From NCBI GenBank assembly GCA_934140155.1, contig CAKPBC010000001.1, positions 422,542-486,541 on the forward strand: 64,000 nucleotides of DNA. The letters are read 5' to 3'. The first letter of the stretch is position 1. The number at the start of each line of letters is the position of its first letter. The notes beneath the pieces were generated by a model. The model made no database searches and was not told where the DNA came from. It saw nothing but the letters and a program-made list of their open reading frames with translations. The position numbers and the translations under genes are program-made. This document shows, one piece after another, positions 9,847-20,618 of this stretch. Source of the DNA: an uncultured Bacilli bacterium (GTDB lineage: Bacteria; Bacillota_I; Bacilli_A; RFN20; CAG-826).

Positions 9847-11472
9847 ATGCTTAAGTATTTTATTGAAGATAAGTTAGTAAAATTAGATGTTAATAATGAT
9901 TTAATTGTATCTATTAAAAAAGAAGCAATTCCTTTAGAAAATGGAAAAAGAATTATTTATAAATTATTAACTAAAAAAACCATCAAATTACACTCATTTG
10001 TTATTGATTTGCCATTTAAATATAATAAAAAGGATTATATTTGCCCTAATGGATATCAATCGTGGACCGATACATTAGTAAGAAAAAGAAACGGAAAAAT
10101 ACATTCTTTAAGTCACTTGCCAAAATCTATTAAAAGCATGTATTGTTTTGAATATTATGGTGACTCATATTTTAAAAAATATAATTCAAAAAGCGGTTGT
10201 TTTCATGGATTTTCTTTTGCTTATATTTTAGGAGATAATGATACATTATTCGCTTCATTAAATGAAAGAAACTATTATACTATTTTTAATTTTGATAAAT
10301 CTGATTATGTTCATGTTGAAAGTGATGTTGAAGGAGAAGTAGTAGAAAAGGAAACAATTTTGTTAGACTTTATTGTAATTAATGGCAAAATAAATGAATT
10401 ATTTAATACTTATAAAGAATTATTAAATTATAGGGTAATTAATAAAAAAATTAATGGTTATACCACTTGGTATAATTATTATCAAGATATTAATGAAGAT
10501 ATCATATTACGAGATTTATCTTCTTTAGATGATAGTTATAATCTATTTCAAATCGATGATGGATACGCTACGGCAGTAGGAGATTTTAAAAATATCGATA
10601 AAACTAAATTTCCTCATGGCTTAAAATATGTGGTAGATAAAATCCACGAATCTCATAAATTAGCGGGTATCTGGCTAGCCCCTTTTATTGGAGAAGAAAA
10701 GTCGGAAACTTTTAAAAATCATCCTGATTGGTTCATTAAAAAAGATGATAAGCCATTAAAAATAGGAACTAATTGGTCCGGATTTTACGCTCTTGACTTT
10801 GATAAAAAAGAAGTTAAAGAATATATTAAAAGTGAATTAAATTTTTTGGTAAATGAAGTAGGATTTGATTTTATTAAAATTGATTTCTTACATGCTGTAT
10901 GTATTAATCATCAAAACAAATCAAGAGCAAAACAAATGTATCAAGCACTTGAGTTTATTCGTGAATGTGTTCCTAATACTTTAATATTAGGATGTGGAGT
11001 GCCTTTAGCTAGCGCTTTTGGAGTTGTTGATTATTGTAGGGTTGGTCCAGATGTTTCACTTATTTTTGATGATGTCTGGTTTATGAAATTTATGCATCGA
11101 GAAAGAATATCTACCAAAATCACATTACAAAACACCATCAATCGTTATTATATAAATGGCCTTGGATTTATTAATGATCCAGATGTTTATATTATGCGAA
11201 AAGAAAATGTTAAGTTAAGTGATAAACAAAAAGAAGCATTAATAATCATTAACTTTATCTTTGGCTATATTTATATGACTAGTGATAACATTGCTAATTA
11301 TGACACATCAAAAAAAGAGTTAATGCAAAAATATCAAGAATTTAAACATCATAAAGTGATAAAAATTACTTATGATAAAAAATATATTAAATTCGTAACA
11401 GAATTTAATAAAAATAGATATAATTTTAGTTATAATACTAAAAAAGGAGAATTAAGTTATGGAAAGATCTAA
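9847..11472 (+). CDS. Clan GH-D glycosidase (GH36/GH27-like alpha-galactosidase family), putative
   Basis: 541 aa. NGYQSWTDT N-domain motif and FQIDDGYATAVGDF...KFPHGLKYVVDKIHESHKLAGIWLAPF, resembling the GH36 catalytic core (DDGW...W.EP). Family assignment is inferential. Confidence 0.5.
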   Translation: MLKYFIEDKLVKLDVNNDLIVSIKKEAIPLENGKRIIYKLLTKKTIKLHSFVIDLPFKYNKKDYICPNGYQSWTDTLVRKRNGKIHSLSHLPKSIKSMYCFEYYGDSYFKKYNSKSGCFHGFSFAYILGDNDTLFASLNERNYYTIFNFDKSDYVHVESDVEGEVVEKETILLDFIVINGKINELFNTYKELLNYRVINKKINGYTTWYNYYQDINEDIILRDLSSLDDSYNLFQIDDGYATAVGDFKNIDKTKFPHGLKYVVDKIHESHKLAGIWLAPFIGEEKSETFKNHPDWFIKKDDKPLKIGTNWSGFYALDFDKKEVKEYIKSELNFLVNEVGFDFIKIDFLHAVCINHQNKSRAKQMYQALEFIRECVPNTLILGCGVPLASAFGVVDYCRVGPDVSLIFDDVWFMKFMHRERISTKITLQNTINRYYINGLGFINDPDVYIMRKENVKLSDKQKEALIIINFIFGYIYMTSDNIANYDTSKKELMQKYQEFKHHKVIKITYDKKYIKFVTEFNKNRYNFSYNTKKGELSYGKI

Positions 11473-12904
11473 AGAAATATTTGGTAATGTAATTGCTGAA
11501 AAAACTTATAAGAAAGCTCTTAAATCAAAAAAGAAATATCAAAGAAAATATGGAGATGAAAGTAAAACCCAATATCATTTATCCGCTAAACCACTAAATA
11601 TATTAGGCAAAGATAAAATTATTAATAAATTAGAACTCGCTATTGATGATATGAAATTTGATAAAAAAGCGATTATCATTGGTAATATTAGAATGGGCTT
11701 TGGTCATTACCGTATCTCTTTAGCATTTGCAAGTTGCGCTCTTGCTCTAGGATATAAACCATATTGGTTTGATTTAAATAGTTTTAAAACCACTGGCGGA
11801 AAAATGATTGAACATCAAAACAAATTGTATTCTATGGGCTCTAAATTATCACAAAAATCAAAATTATTTAACAAATTATTTTGGGAACCAATGAATAGTG
11901 AAGGATTTCGCCAATTAACTTATAACGCAATCGACCAAAAGAATTCAGAATTATTAGTGCCTTTATATACTGATTTTCCTAAAGATATTCCTTTTATTGC
12001 CACTCACGTATGGCCTAGTCAAGGCGCAATTCATGCGGGTATGACTAATGTTTGCAATGCTATTCCTGATAACTGGCCAATGGCACTTCATCTTTCAGAA
12101 GGTGCACTTCATACAGTCCAAACACATTTTGCTTATTTAGGCTATAAAAGATTAAATGGATTTGCTAAAAAGAAAGTATTACTTCCAATGCCTGATGATT
12201 CTTTAAAAGATGTTGGACATTATATTGATCATGAATTAGTGGCAAATTTAGAAAGTGATACTGAAGATAGATTAGATCGCATAAATAACAATAAACCACT
12301 TCGTTTATTATTAACTGTTGGTGGAGCTGGTGCGCAATATCCAATATTTAAATCAATTGTGAAACATTTATTACCTTATATTAATGAAAATAAAGTAATC
12401 TTATTTATTAATTTTGGTGACCATGAAAAAGTACTTAAAAAGATGTGTAAAGACATTAAAGAATTAGAAAGTGTTATGAAAATTTATAATAATAAATATG
12501 AAAACTTTATGGAAGATGTTAATAATGATAACTTTAATAAAGGAATTTATGCGCTATATAACAAAGAAATATTTGAAGCAGTATATTCCACGAATGTATT
12601 AATGCGTATATGTGATTTGCTTATCACTAAACCAAGTGAATTAGCGTATTATCCAATTCCTAAACTTATGATTCAAAGAGTAGGTGGACATGAAGCATAT
12701 GGCGCAATTCACGCAAGTGAATATGGTGATGGAACATATGAATGTCGTACAAGTAAAGACATTAATGAAATGCTTGATTCTTTATTAAATGATAAGTTGT
12801 TATTAATCCACATGAATGAAAATATTCTCCATAATAAAGAAAGTGGATTATATGATGGAGCGTATAATGTTATTAAATTAATAACAAAAAATAATAAAAA
12901 ATAA
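11459..12904 (+). CDS. GT-B fold glycosyltransferase, GT28-like (UgtP/MGDG-synthase/MurG-like)
   Basis: 481 aa. Overlaps the upstream gene by 14 nt, suggesting translational coupling. N-domain IIIGNIRMGFGHYRIS (GxGH loop as in UgtP GNGH); C-domain LLLTVGGAGAQYP. Terminator ATTCCGAC...GTCGGAAT-TTTTTTG at ~12926-12955. Confidence 0.5.
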   Translation: MERSKEIFGNVIAEKTYKKALKSKKKYQRKYGDESKTQYHLSAKPLNILGKDKIINKLELAIDDMKFDKKAIIIGNIRMGFGHYRISLAFASCALALGYKPYWFDLNSFKTTGGKMIEHQNKLYSMGSKLSQKSKLFNKLFWEPMNSEGFRQLTYNAIDQKNSELLVPLYTDFPKDIPFIATHVWPSQGAIHAGMTNVCNAIPDNWPMALHLSEGALHTVQTHFAYLGYKRLNGFAKKKVLLPMPDDSLKDVGHYIDHELVANLESDTEDRLDRINNNKPLRLLLTVGGAGAQYPIFKSIVKHLLPYINENKVILFINFGDHEKVLKKMCKDIKELESVMKIYNNKYENFMEDVNNDNFNKGIYALYNKEIFEAVYSTNVLMRICDLLITKPSELAYYPIPKLMIQRVGGHEAYGAIHASEYGDGTYECRTSKDINEMLDSLLNDKLLLIHMNENILHNKESGLYDGAYNVIKLITKNNKK

Positions 12905-13054
12905 TTTGCATATTTTGTAATTAAGATTCCGATGTTTTTGTCGGAATTTTTTTGTCGTTTTTTTCTACAAAAGTCATAATTTTTTTCAAAATAATTAATA
13001 ACAGCATATAAAAAAGACTTACGGATTGTAAGCCTTTTTAAGATACTTTAATTA

Positions 13055-15019
13055 TTATGCTTTTTGAAATGCAAATGTGAAATCTTCACTATAATCAGAA
13101 ATAATAATTGTTAATATTTCATCAGCAAATGTAGCTTCTTTAAGAGTGTATGGTGATGAAAAAATTTCGTAACCATCTTCATCTAGGTTTTTTAAACTTT
13201 CAGAATCAATAACATTTGAATAATCATTAGTCCAATCAAATTTAAAGTATTCAATGAAGGCATAAGTATAATGGAAATTCAATGTACCAGTGCCATCTTC
13301 ATTTAATACTAACTCAGGCTTATAGCCACCTTCATCGTTAATTGCCACCCATTCACCTGCTAAGTTATTATCAGAAGAAGAAGATTTTTCTTTTACTGTT
13401 AAAGTGATTTCTGCTGCAGCTTTACTACCATCTTCTTTAAGTTCGACTGCTTTAAATGTTACTTTAATTGTTGCGCCTACTGTAGCGTCTTCATTTGCGG
13501 TTAAGGAATAAGAGCCATCACTATTTTTAGTTAATGATGCAAGAGTATTGCCTTCAGTTATTGTTGCCACATAATTTTGTGGAACGGCAATAGGATAAAC
13601 AGTTGCACTTAATTTAATTGTTTGTCCTTGAGTAATTTGACTTGTGCTTTGATCAATACTAATACTATTAACTGGTCGATTAGATGTTGTAACAGAAATA
13701 GTTTTAGTTACGCCGCTTTGTGATCTAAAAGTGATTTTGGCTTTACCAGCAATATTTACTTTAAACATTTTGTTATTATAAGTAAGAACATCACCATCAT
13801 ATTCTCCATCGTTTTCCACTTTAGTTACAGTGATTTCATCAACTAAATCAGAGGCATTTTCGTTATCTGAAGCGATATCAAATCCATAAGACATGCCAAC
13901 ATAATATTTTCCATTTTGAGAAGAAAGAGAAGGAGTGAAATCACCATATTGGAAATCACTTTCATTAATGGAATTTGTATTTTCTACTTTGCTTGTTCCT
14001 TCTAATGTCATCTTAATAAATGATGTACTTAAAGGTGAAGTAGATGTTTCTGAATCAAATTCTTGTTTTTCAAAATCAAATTTAGTAACAACATTATCTT
14101 TAATATTTAGTGTTAATGTTTCTTTTAAGTAAGTTACGTCTTCAGTAATAGAATCTTTGCTACTAAATGATGTAGATAAGACATATCCATCAGAAGTTAC
14201 TTCACATTTTAATGTGTCTTTATTATTTGTAAAATCATTAATTACGCCACTATCTCCAAATAAGATTGTATAAAATCCATATTGGTTATTAGCAAAAATA
14301 TAATTTACTTTTTGTTGTACATCTTGTCTATTTTCATTTGTTACATCGTCTTTTACAAAACCACTTAAATATTCATCATCAAAACGATATTCATAGTAAG
14401 TATTGTTTTTGATTTGTTTAACAATTTTTAAACCAGAAGTAGTTGTTTGAATTAATTCATTTTTGAATAATTCTGCGGTAATTACATTATCAGAAGAATT
14501 TTGGAAGGTTACTTTACTTGCTTTTAATTCCGCTGCCTTGGTTTTGTCTTTAATAGTTTTTAAAGATGATAAGAATCTAGATTCTAAAGTCGAAACTTTA
14601 AATGTTAATTCTTTTTTAACTGATGTGCCTTCAACGGAAATGGTTATTTTAATTTCATCAGCAGTCTTAAGAAATTTAATTTTGTCTTTACTAACAGAAA
14701 CTTTGTCTTTGTCATTTTCTGAGAGAGTATAAATAACTTCTTTATTTGTGGCATTTTCAGGTACAACTTTGCTAGTAAAAGAAATTTCAGTACCCACTAA
14801 AACATCATAGACATCGCCATTTAAAACATATTCTCCCTTAACTTGTACGTCAATATCGGTAGGAAGAATTTCTTGTGAAGTACTAGGTGAAGTTGATGTG
14901 CTTTCTGTTGTTGAAGTTGGCTTTGATGTTGAGCCACTTGTTGAGTTGGATGTTTGGTTATTACAACTTGCAAGTGCAAGAGGTAATAACATTAAGATTA
15001 ATAATTTTCCTTTTTTCAT
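13055..15019 (-). CDS. Large surface lipoprotein with Ser/Thr-rich linker and bacterial Ig-like (Big_2-type) repeats
   Basis: MKKGKLLILMLLPLALASC lipobox; STSGSTSKPTSTTESTSTSPSTS linker; repeated beta-rich modules. RBS AAAGGAG. Last gene of a three-gene minus-strand lipoprotein operon. Confidence 0.7.
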   Translation of the reverse strand: MKKGKLLILMLLPLALASCNNQTSNSTSGSTSKPTSTTESTSTSPSTSQEILPTDIDVQVKGEYVLNGDVYDVLVGTEISFTSKVVPENATNKEVIYTLSENDKDKVSVSKDKIKFLKTADEIKITISVEGTSVKKELTFKVSTLESRFLSSLKTIKDKTKAAELKASKVTFQNSSDNVITAELFKNELIQTTTSGLKIVKQIKNNTYYEYRFDDEYLSGFVKDDVTNENRQDVQQKVNYIFANNQYGFYTILFGDSGVINDFTNNKDTLKCEVTSDGYVLSTSFSSKDSITEDVTYLKETLTLNIKDNVVTKFDFEKQEFDSETSTSPLSTSFIKMTLEGTSKVENTNSINESDFQYGDFTPSLSSQNGKYYVGMSYGFDIASDNENASDLVDEITVTKVENDGEYDGDVLTYNNKMFKVNIAGKAKITFRSQSGVTKTISVTTSNRPVNSISIDQSTSQITQGQTIKLSATVYPIAVPQNYVATITEGNTLASLTKNSDGSYSLTANEDATVGATIKVTFKAVELKEDGSKAAAEITLTVKEKSSSSDNNLAGEWVAINDEGGYKPELVLNEDGTGTLNFHYTYAFIEYFKFDWTNDYSNVIDSESLKNLDEDGYEIFSSPYTLKEATFADEILTIIISDYSEDFTFAFQKA

Positions 15020-15037
15020 AAACCTTTGCTCCTTTTA

Positions 15038-16996
15038 TTATAATGCGTTTATTTTTTTAGTTAGGTTAGGCCCTAACTTCGCAGTACCATAATTTGAAAA
15101 TGTAATAGATTCTTTTCCTTCGTAAGATTGATAACCATCTCCGACAGGACGACTATAGTTATATAAAATTTTTGTGATTTCGTTATTGCTATTTAAATTC
15201 ATTTTTAATGTATCAACAGTCATATAACTTAATGAAAAATCTGAGAAGAATTGTGGGAACATATAATTAGCAATATCAATTACATTGGTTTTAGGAACGA
15301 TAGTGTTACCATTAAGTGTAAATACTACAGAACTTAAGCTAAATCCAATGTAGTCATTTAATGTTTTTCCTACGATTCCTGAATTAAGTGCTTTTGGAGT
15401 CTTTTCTCCTTGATCGTTAGTTTCAACAGTAAATGGAATTACTTTTCCTTCTTTTTCAACAAAACCACGAGAACTAATAACAGTTGTAGATAGTTCTTCA
15501 TATTGTTCAAAGTAAACAATGTTATCAGCCACAATCATTTTAGTTTTTATATTTGTATAAGAACCATAATCTTCAATTATTGCTTCAAAATTGTTGCCAG
15601 ATTTAATTTTACTAAATGCTAGACTAATTTTATTATTATCTTCAATTTCTTTTTCGGTAGTAATAGTAAATGGTGCTGGTTCAATAATTGTTGGATTTTC
15701 TGAGAATGTTACTTTGATAAAAGTTGATATATAACTAGAATCTTCATCAGATACATTGCGATATAAAGCAACATTCATTTCTTTAATAGAATTATTTTCT
15801 ACTACAATGTCTAAACTCTTAATTGCCATTTCAAAGTTTAAATATGTTAATGAATAAAATAATGCTTCGCTATGATAACCAAAGTATCGATAAGTGTTGT
15901 CACTTATTTTTCGGAAGGCATTGTGATCAAACACATCACTAGGTTTAATTAAGTCATTCCAAGAAACATCAGATGCATCCTCAATGACTTCGTTTAAGCC
16001 ATTAATTCCTACAACAGTAGCGACATTTTCTTTGTTTTTATAAACATAAGAATAATTTCTATTATTTACAATATCATTAGTATCAATATTAATGAAATTA
16101 GCGTTATATTTTAAATCGCTATTTAAAATTGTTTCTTTTTCTTCATTACCAACTTGTTGTTCAACAACACTATGAGTGGCTAAAGAAGTAGAGGCAAATA
16201 AATTTTCACTAGATTCATTTAATGTTTCTTTAAAAGCAAAATCTTTTTTAAATTTCTCTAATGAATCTATTTTTGAACCATTAATATTTGAGAATTTTGC
16301 TGTTGTTACTTTCGAAGAATATTGTTCTCCGTTTTCATCTAATCCAGTCATGTAAATAGTGTATGAGATATCTCCGCTATTTAAGAAATCAAATGATACA
16401 CCAGATACTAATCCATTAAATACTAAACTAGAATAACCAACGGCAATTGTTAATAGGGAATTTAAGGTTACACTATTAGAGTAGTATTTACCATCAGTTT
16501 TGTTATAAATAAATGAATCATGAGAAATAAGATATCTTGGATCAGTTTTATCCGCTAACAAGGAAAAATAACTTATCTCGTTAATGCTATCTACATAATA
16601 TTTTTCAGTGGAAATACCATTTTCAGGCAATAGAAGGTTGATATTATTATTGTTTAATTCATAACGATACACAACATTGCCTTTTATTTCACTTTGGTCA
16701 TAATAAGGAAGAAGAACACCGCCATTATTTAAAATAGACATATAATAATACTCTTCATTAAATAAGTCATAACATTCTGTGCCTTCAATATCATAAGTCA
16801 AAGTGTAATTACCATGAAGACCAACATATGTTAAATATCGATATAAGTAATTTTCATTTTTTTCTTGAGGTAAGTAATTATAGAAATCAGAAGGTGTATT
16901 TTGATGCCCACTATTGCTTGTACTATTAGAAGGTTTAGAACAACCGGAAATAACAAAAATAGAACAAGCTAATAATATTTTTAATTTTGAATTCAT
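15038..16996 (-). CDS. Large surface lipoprotein, paralogue of the upstream gene
   Basis: Start refined to MNSKLKILLACSIFVISGC (RBS GAAGGGAG). Shares ...NAFRKISDNTYRYFGYHSEALFYSLTYLNFEMAIKSLDI... with ...NSLMKLDGNNFRYIGSDTFKLFNALTSAKSMGNLDI... in 17016-19355. Confidence 0.7.
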   Translation of the reverse strand: MNSKLKILLACSIFVISGCSKPSNSTSNSGHQNTPSDFYNYLPQEKNENYLYRYLTYVGLHGNYTLTYDIEGTECYDLFNEEYYYMSILNNGGVLLPYYDQSEIKGNVVYRYELNNNNINLLLPENGISTEKYYVDSINEISYFSLLADKTDPRYLISHDSFIYNKTDGKYYSNSVTLNSLLTIAVGYSSLVFNGLVSGVSFDFLNSGDISYTIYMTGLDENGEQYSSKVTTAKFSNINGSKIDSLEKFKKDFAFKETLNESSENLFASTSLATHSVVEQQVGNEEKETILNSDLKYNANFINIDTNDIVNNRNYSYVYKNKENVATVVGINGLNEVIEDASDVSWNDLIKPSDVFDHNAFRKISDNTYRYFGYHSEALFYSLTYLNFEMAIKSLDIVVENNSIKEMNVALYRNVSDEDSSYISTFIKVTFSENPTIIEPAPFTITTEKEIEDNNKISLAFSKIKSGNNFEAIIEDYGSYTNIKTKMIVADNIVYFEQYEELSTTVISSRGFVEKEGKVIPFTVETNDQGEKTPKALNSGIVGKTLNDYIGFSLSSVVFTLNGNTIVPKTNVIDIANYMFPQFFSDFSLSYMTVDTLKMNLNSNNEITKILYNYSRPVGDGYQSYEGKESITFSNYGTAKLGPNLTKKINAL

Positions 16997-17015
16997 ATTA
17001 GTAAGTCTCCCTTCA

Positions 17016-19355
17016 TTAATCTGGAATATAAACTTCAATTCCACTTTTTGGATTATTGCTTAATGCAATAGCCAATGTATAAACATCGCCATCTTCGTAG
17101 TAATAAATTGTCTTTCCTTTAGAATCGATGTCTTTAACAAAGTGTGAATTTTGTTTGATTTTATCTTCTAATCGTTGCATATAATTTGTTTCATCATCAA
17201 AGTCAATGTATGTATCTGGTAAATAAATAGATAGTCTTGTTGGTTTACCATTAACAATGTTAGTTGTAATAGCGTACCATTTTCCAAATAATTCTTTTTC
17301 ATATATATATGGAACTAAAACAGCTTTTTCTTTACCTAAGAAAGAGATTAATGTTTCATAAACATTTTCTTCCATTTCCCAAGTAGAAGGTTCTTGGTAA
17401 GTTGTTAATTCAGCAATCTTACTTGCTAATGTTTCATCAATTTCTACTTCGTCAGCGCCAATACCGGTAAATTCAACAGTTTCTGATCCAGTTGATTGAC
17501 CATCATTATAACTATATCGATAATTATAACTTGTTGGTTTGATTGCTTTATTATCAGTAAAATAAATCTTTAATGACATTGGACGGAAATCTTTTAAGTG
17601 ATTGTATCCAAGTAAGTTGTCATCAACTTTTAATAAACTTGTTCTTAAACTATAGCAAGGTACACCATCCATTGTAGATTTCTTAAATAATTTTTCACTA
17701 ATATTCATGTTAAGAACATCAGTAATAGAAATATCACTTCTTGGTTCGCTTAAAGCAAAGACATCGCCTTCTGAATTAATCATAAATTCGACAACTTCAT
17801 TATTTTTATTAACACCAAAACCGGTTCTTTTATTGTTATATTCTTCTAACGAGCCTGGTTTTAATGTTTTTTCTTCTCTTAAGATATATTTGTTACCTTC
17901 AACATTTGAGAAAGTGACATTTGTTACATTACTCTTGTCACGGTCATCATACATTTTAACAGAGAAAGTATCTTTAAAATAACTAAACGTTTTTCGAATA
18001 TCGCTTGTATCACTTGTTTCTTCTAAAGGTGTAGGAAGAGTGATATCATTACCTTCAGCGATTTTAACAAATGCTTCATACCAAACAATTTGACGTCCAG
18101 CAATTTCATAACTATCTTCAAATTTTGCATGAGCAGACTTAAATCCAGTTGCGTCAATTTCAAAATCAATATATTCAATATCAAGGTTACCCATCGATTT
18201 AGCGGATGTTAAGGCATTGAATAATTTAAATGTGTCTGAACCAATGTAACGGAAATTATTTCCATCAAGTTTCATTAAACTATTAGATGAAACGATATCA
18301 TTTAAATAATTAATATCATCCCAAGCGATAGAAGTGTCTTTTTCTTGTACGTTATTTAGTGAATCAAGGTATACTTCATAAGAATTATTATTCTTTTTAG
18401 TGTAATAATGTTCATCATAACCAATTTTTGTATGAAGTGTATCTTTATGAATATCATAGATACCAGTATCTTCAATCCAACCGCCACCATATTCATTTGT
18501 TTGGTCGAATTCTAATTCAAAGGCATAAGATTCTTTTTTAGCACTATCTAAAATGGTAGAAGAGATCGTTTCAAAATTAAATGAATTTTTTAGTAAATCT
18601 TCTTCTAATTTAGAAGTGGAATTATTGATGTTTTTAAAAGTGCCACGAGCGTAATCCACAAATGTATCTAAACCCACTAATTCAACAAGAGTAAATACCA
18701 AATTTTCTTTTTCATCTAAGTTGAATCTAGCATAAACAAATGTTTCATTTTCAGCGAGTTCTTTTAAATTAAGCATTGATGCAAAAGAAATAACAACCCC
18801 GAAGTTATTAGTAACATAATCATCAACACTTAATAAAATATCATCTTTAGTAAATGTTCCTTTGTTAGTTTCATCTTTGTATTCGTTTAAAGCGTTAAAT
18901 GATGATAAATTTGTTTTGTTTTTATATTCACCATTAACTAATTCGCTATCGATTGATAAAAATTCAAGTTTTTTATCTGAATTATCAAAACTATATGAAC
19001 TGATTTTTGCTGAGTCTTGAATATTTTTCATTAAAATATGCGACTTTCCTTTTGTCTCTAAATGAACATATTTTTCATTGTAAACATCGGTATTTTTGAT
19101 AGCATCTTCAAGTATTTCTGTTTCTAAAGTAAAACTATTTGCTTCCACGATTGAATTTAATTTTTTGGCAATAAGTTCTTTATTGATTTTTGTTGAAGGT
19201 GTAATAGATGAACTATTTTGGTTGTTCCCGCTAGTGGAACCATTTGAAATAGAGTTACTAGTTGAGTTTGAACCGCTAGTAACATTAGAAGTACAAGAAG
19301 CAATAAGTAAACTAATTGCTAAAGCAAGTAAAACTTTGTTTTTGTTTTTTGACAT
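17016..19355 (-). CDS. Large surface lipoprotein (779 aa), Ser/Asn/Thr-rich linker
   Basis: MSKNKNKVLLALAISLLIASC lipobox; RBS AAGGAGG. First gene of the operon. Confidence 0.7.
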   Translation of the reverse strand: MSKNKNKVLLALAISLLIASCTSNVTSGSNSTSNSISNGSTSGNNQNSSSITPSTKINKELIAKKLNSIVEANSFTLETEILEDAIKNTDVYNEKYVHLETKGKSHILMKNIQDSAKISSYSFDNSDKKLEFLSIDSELVNGEYKNKTNLSSFNALNEYKDETNKGTFTKDDILLSVDDYVTNNFGVVISFASMLNLKELAENETFVYARFNLDEKENLVFTLVELVGLDTFVDYARGTFKNINNSTSKLEEDLLKNSFNFETISSTILDSAKKESYAFELEFDQTNEYGGGWIEDTGIYDIHKDTLHTKIGYDEHYYTKKNNNSYEVYLDSLNNVQEKDTSIAWDDINYLNDIVSSNSLMKLDGNNFRYIGSDTFKLFNALTSAKSMGNLDIEYIDFEIDATGFKSAHAKFEDSYEIAGRQIVWYEAFVKIAEGNDITLPTPLEETSDTSDIRKTFSYFKDTFSVKMYDDRDKSNVTNVTFSNVEGNKYILREEKTLKPGSLEEYNNKRTGFGVNKNNEVVEFMINSEGDVFALSEPRSDISITDVLNMNISEKLFKKSTMDGVPCYSLRTSLLKVDDNLLGYNHLKDFRPMSLKIYFTDNKAIKPTSYNYRYSYNDGQSTGSETVEFTGIGADEVEIDETLASKIAELTTYQEPSTWEMEENVYETLISFLGKEKAVLVPYIYEKELFGKWYAITTNIVNGKPTRLSIYLPDTYIDFDDETNYMQRLEDKIKQNSHFVKDIDSKGKTIYYYEDGDVYTLAIALSNNPKSGIEVYIPD

Positions 19356-19526
19356 AGTAATCCTCCTTAATTTTTAACTACACAATAAAAGCATTATACA
19401 CGCTTTTTATTTTATTACATAGTAATAAGTGCAAGAAAACACTTACATTTTGTTAATTTTTAACTTTTTTAAAAATATAAGTCTATTTATATGAATTTTA
19501 TGACAAAAATAAATTACTTTTGATTA

Positions 19527-20618
19527 TTAATCGATTCCAAGTACATATTTAATTTTGCTTATTATATTTTTACAAGTTGATAATGATAATTTGAATTTAT
19601 AAGCTATATCAAGCAAGTCTTTTTCTTTAGGCAATCCATTACCATTTACTGTCATTTCGTGCTCGAATTTGTTTGGAGTACTTGTTATATCATAAGCTGG
19701 TGAAAGACGATAACCTTTTATATTTTCATCATAAATAAAGGAAAAATTTTTGCCATGATCATCACGATTATTGTAAAATACGTTAAAGCACATTCTTCGA
19801 TATGCTTCGTAAATATCACCTTTATCAGGACAAATGCTTTGGATTACTTGAAATAAATGGGAGTAATCTAAATTAGGTATTCTATGTGTTGTTTCAAGTA
19901 ATGCAGATAAAGAAATCATATGAACTCTTTTATTATCTTTGCGGTCAAATCTTTTCACGCCAAAATAGCCAGAGCATATTTTAGAAGGAAATAATTTAAA
20001 ATCATTTACATTTATGCCACATTTTTTTGCTAACTTGTTAGCGGTGTATTCTTGTTTACCAATATTTTTAGAGTCCATATAGCAAGGGAATTTAACAATC
20101 CATTCTTCATTATCTATGGCTATGTGTGCTTTTGGTCTTGCTCCTCCACTAGAACCACCAAGCATATAGATTTGGTCAAGATTATTAGTATTATCATCAT
20201 TTAAAATAGCGTTAGCTTCTTTAGCAATTTCATCTAAGTTTATATCTACGATAGTTTCGTTTTCTATTGGATTATTTGGCTCATATGTTAAAGCTCCAAG
20301 AGCGTTATTAGATATTATTGTAAGCTTTTGAATAGGTGATAAAGAATCTGGGTTTATTCCTTTTTTGACCAGCATTCTTCTAACCAATAATTCTCCCCAG
20401 CCGTCTGGTAAACTATCATTAAATACGCCGTATAATCCATCAAATGTTTGCTTAGTATTTATAAATACTTTATTTGTTAAAGGCAAAGAAAATGGAGATA
20501 TAGAAAAACCATGTTTAATCCATTCATCATTATATTGAAAAGCAATTCTTCCATCGTTTGTTTCAAGTAAATATCCGACTAGTTTATCATTATACATTAC
20601 ATTTAATTTTTTAATCAT
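19527..20618 (-). CDS. hipA: HipA-family serine/threonine kinase toxin (type II TA)
   Basis: N-terminal HipA_N-like LVGYLLETNDGRIAFQYNDEW; GGSSGGARPKAH loop; catalytic DDHGKNFSF (DxHxKNxS). Overlaps the upstream HTH gene by 4 nt. Confidence 0.85.
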   Translation of the reverse strand: MIKKLNVMYNDKLVGYLLETNDGRIAFQYNDEWIKHGFSISPFSLPLTNKVFINTKQTFDGLYGVFNDSLPDGWGELLVRRMLVKKGINPDSLSPIQKLTIISNNALGALTYEPNNPIENETIVDINLDEIAKEANAILNDDNTNNLDQIYMLGGSSGGARPKAHIAIDNEEWIVKFPCYMDSKNIGKQEYTANKLAKKCGINVNDFKLFPSKICSGYFGVKRFDRKDNKRVHMISLSALLETTHRIPNLDYSHLFQVIQSICPDKGDIYEAYRRMCFNVFYNNRDDHGKNFSFIYDENIKGYRLSPAYDITSTPNKFEHEMTVNGNGLPKEKDLLDIAYKFKLSLSTCKNIISKIKYVLGID

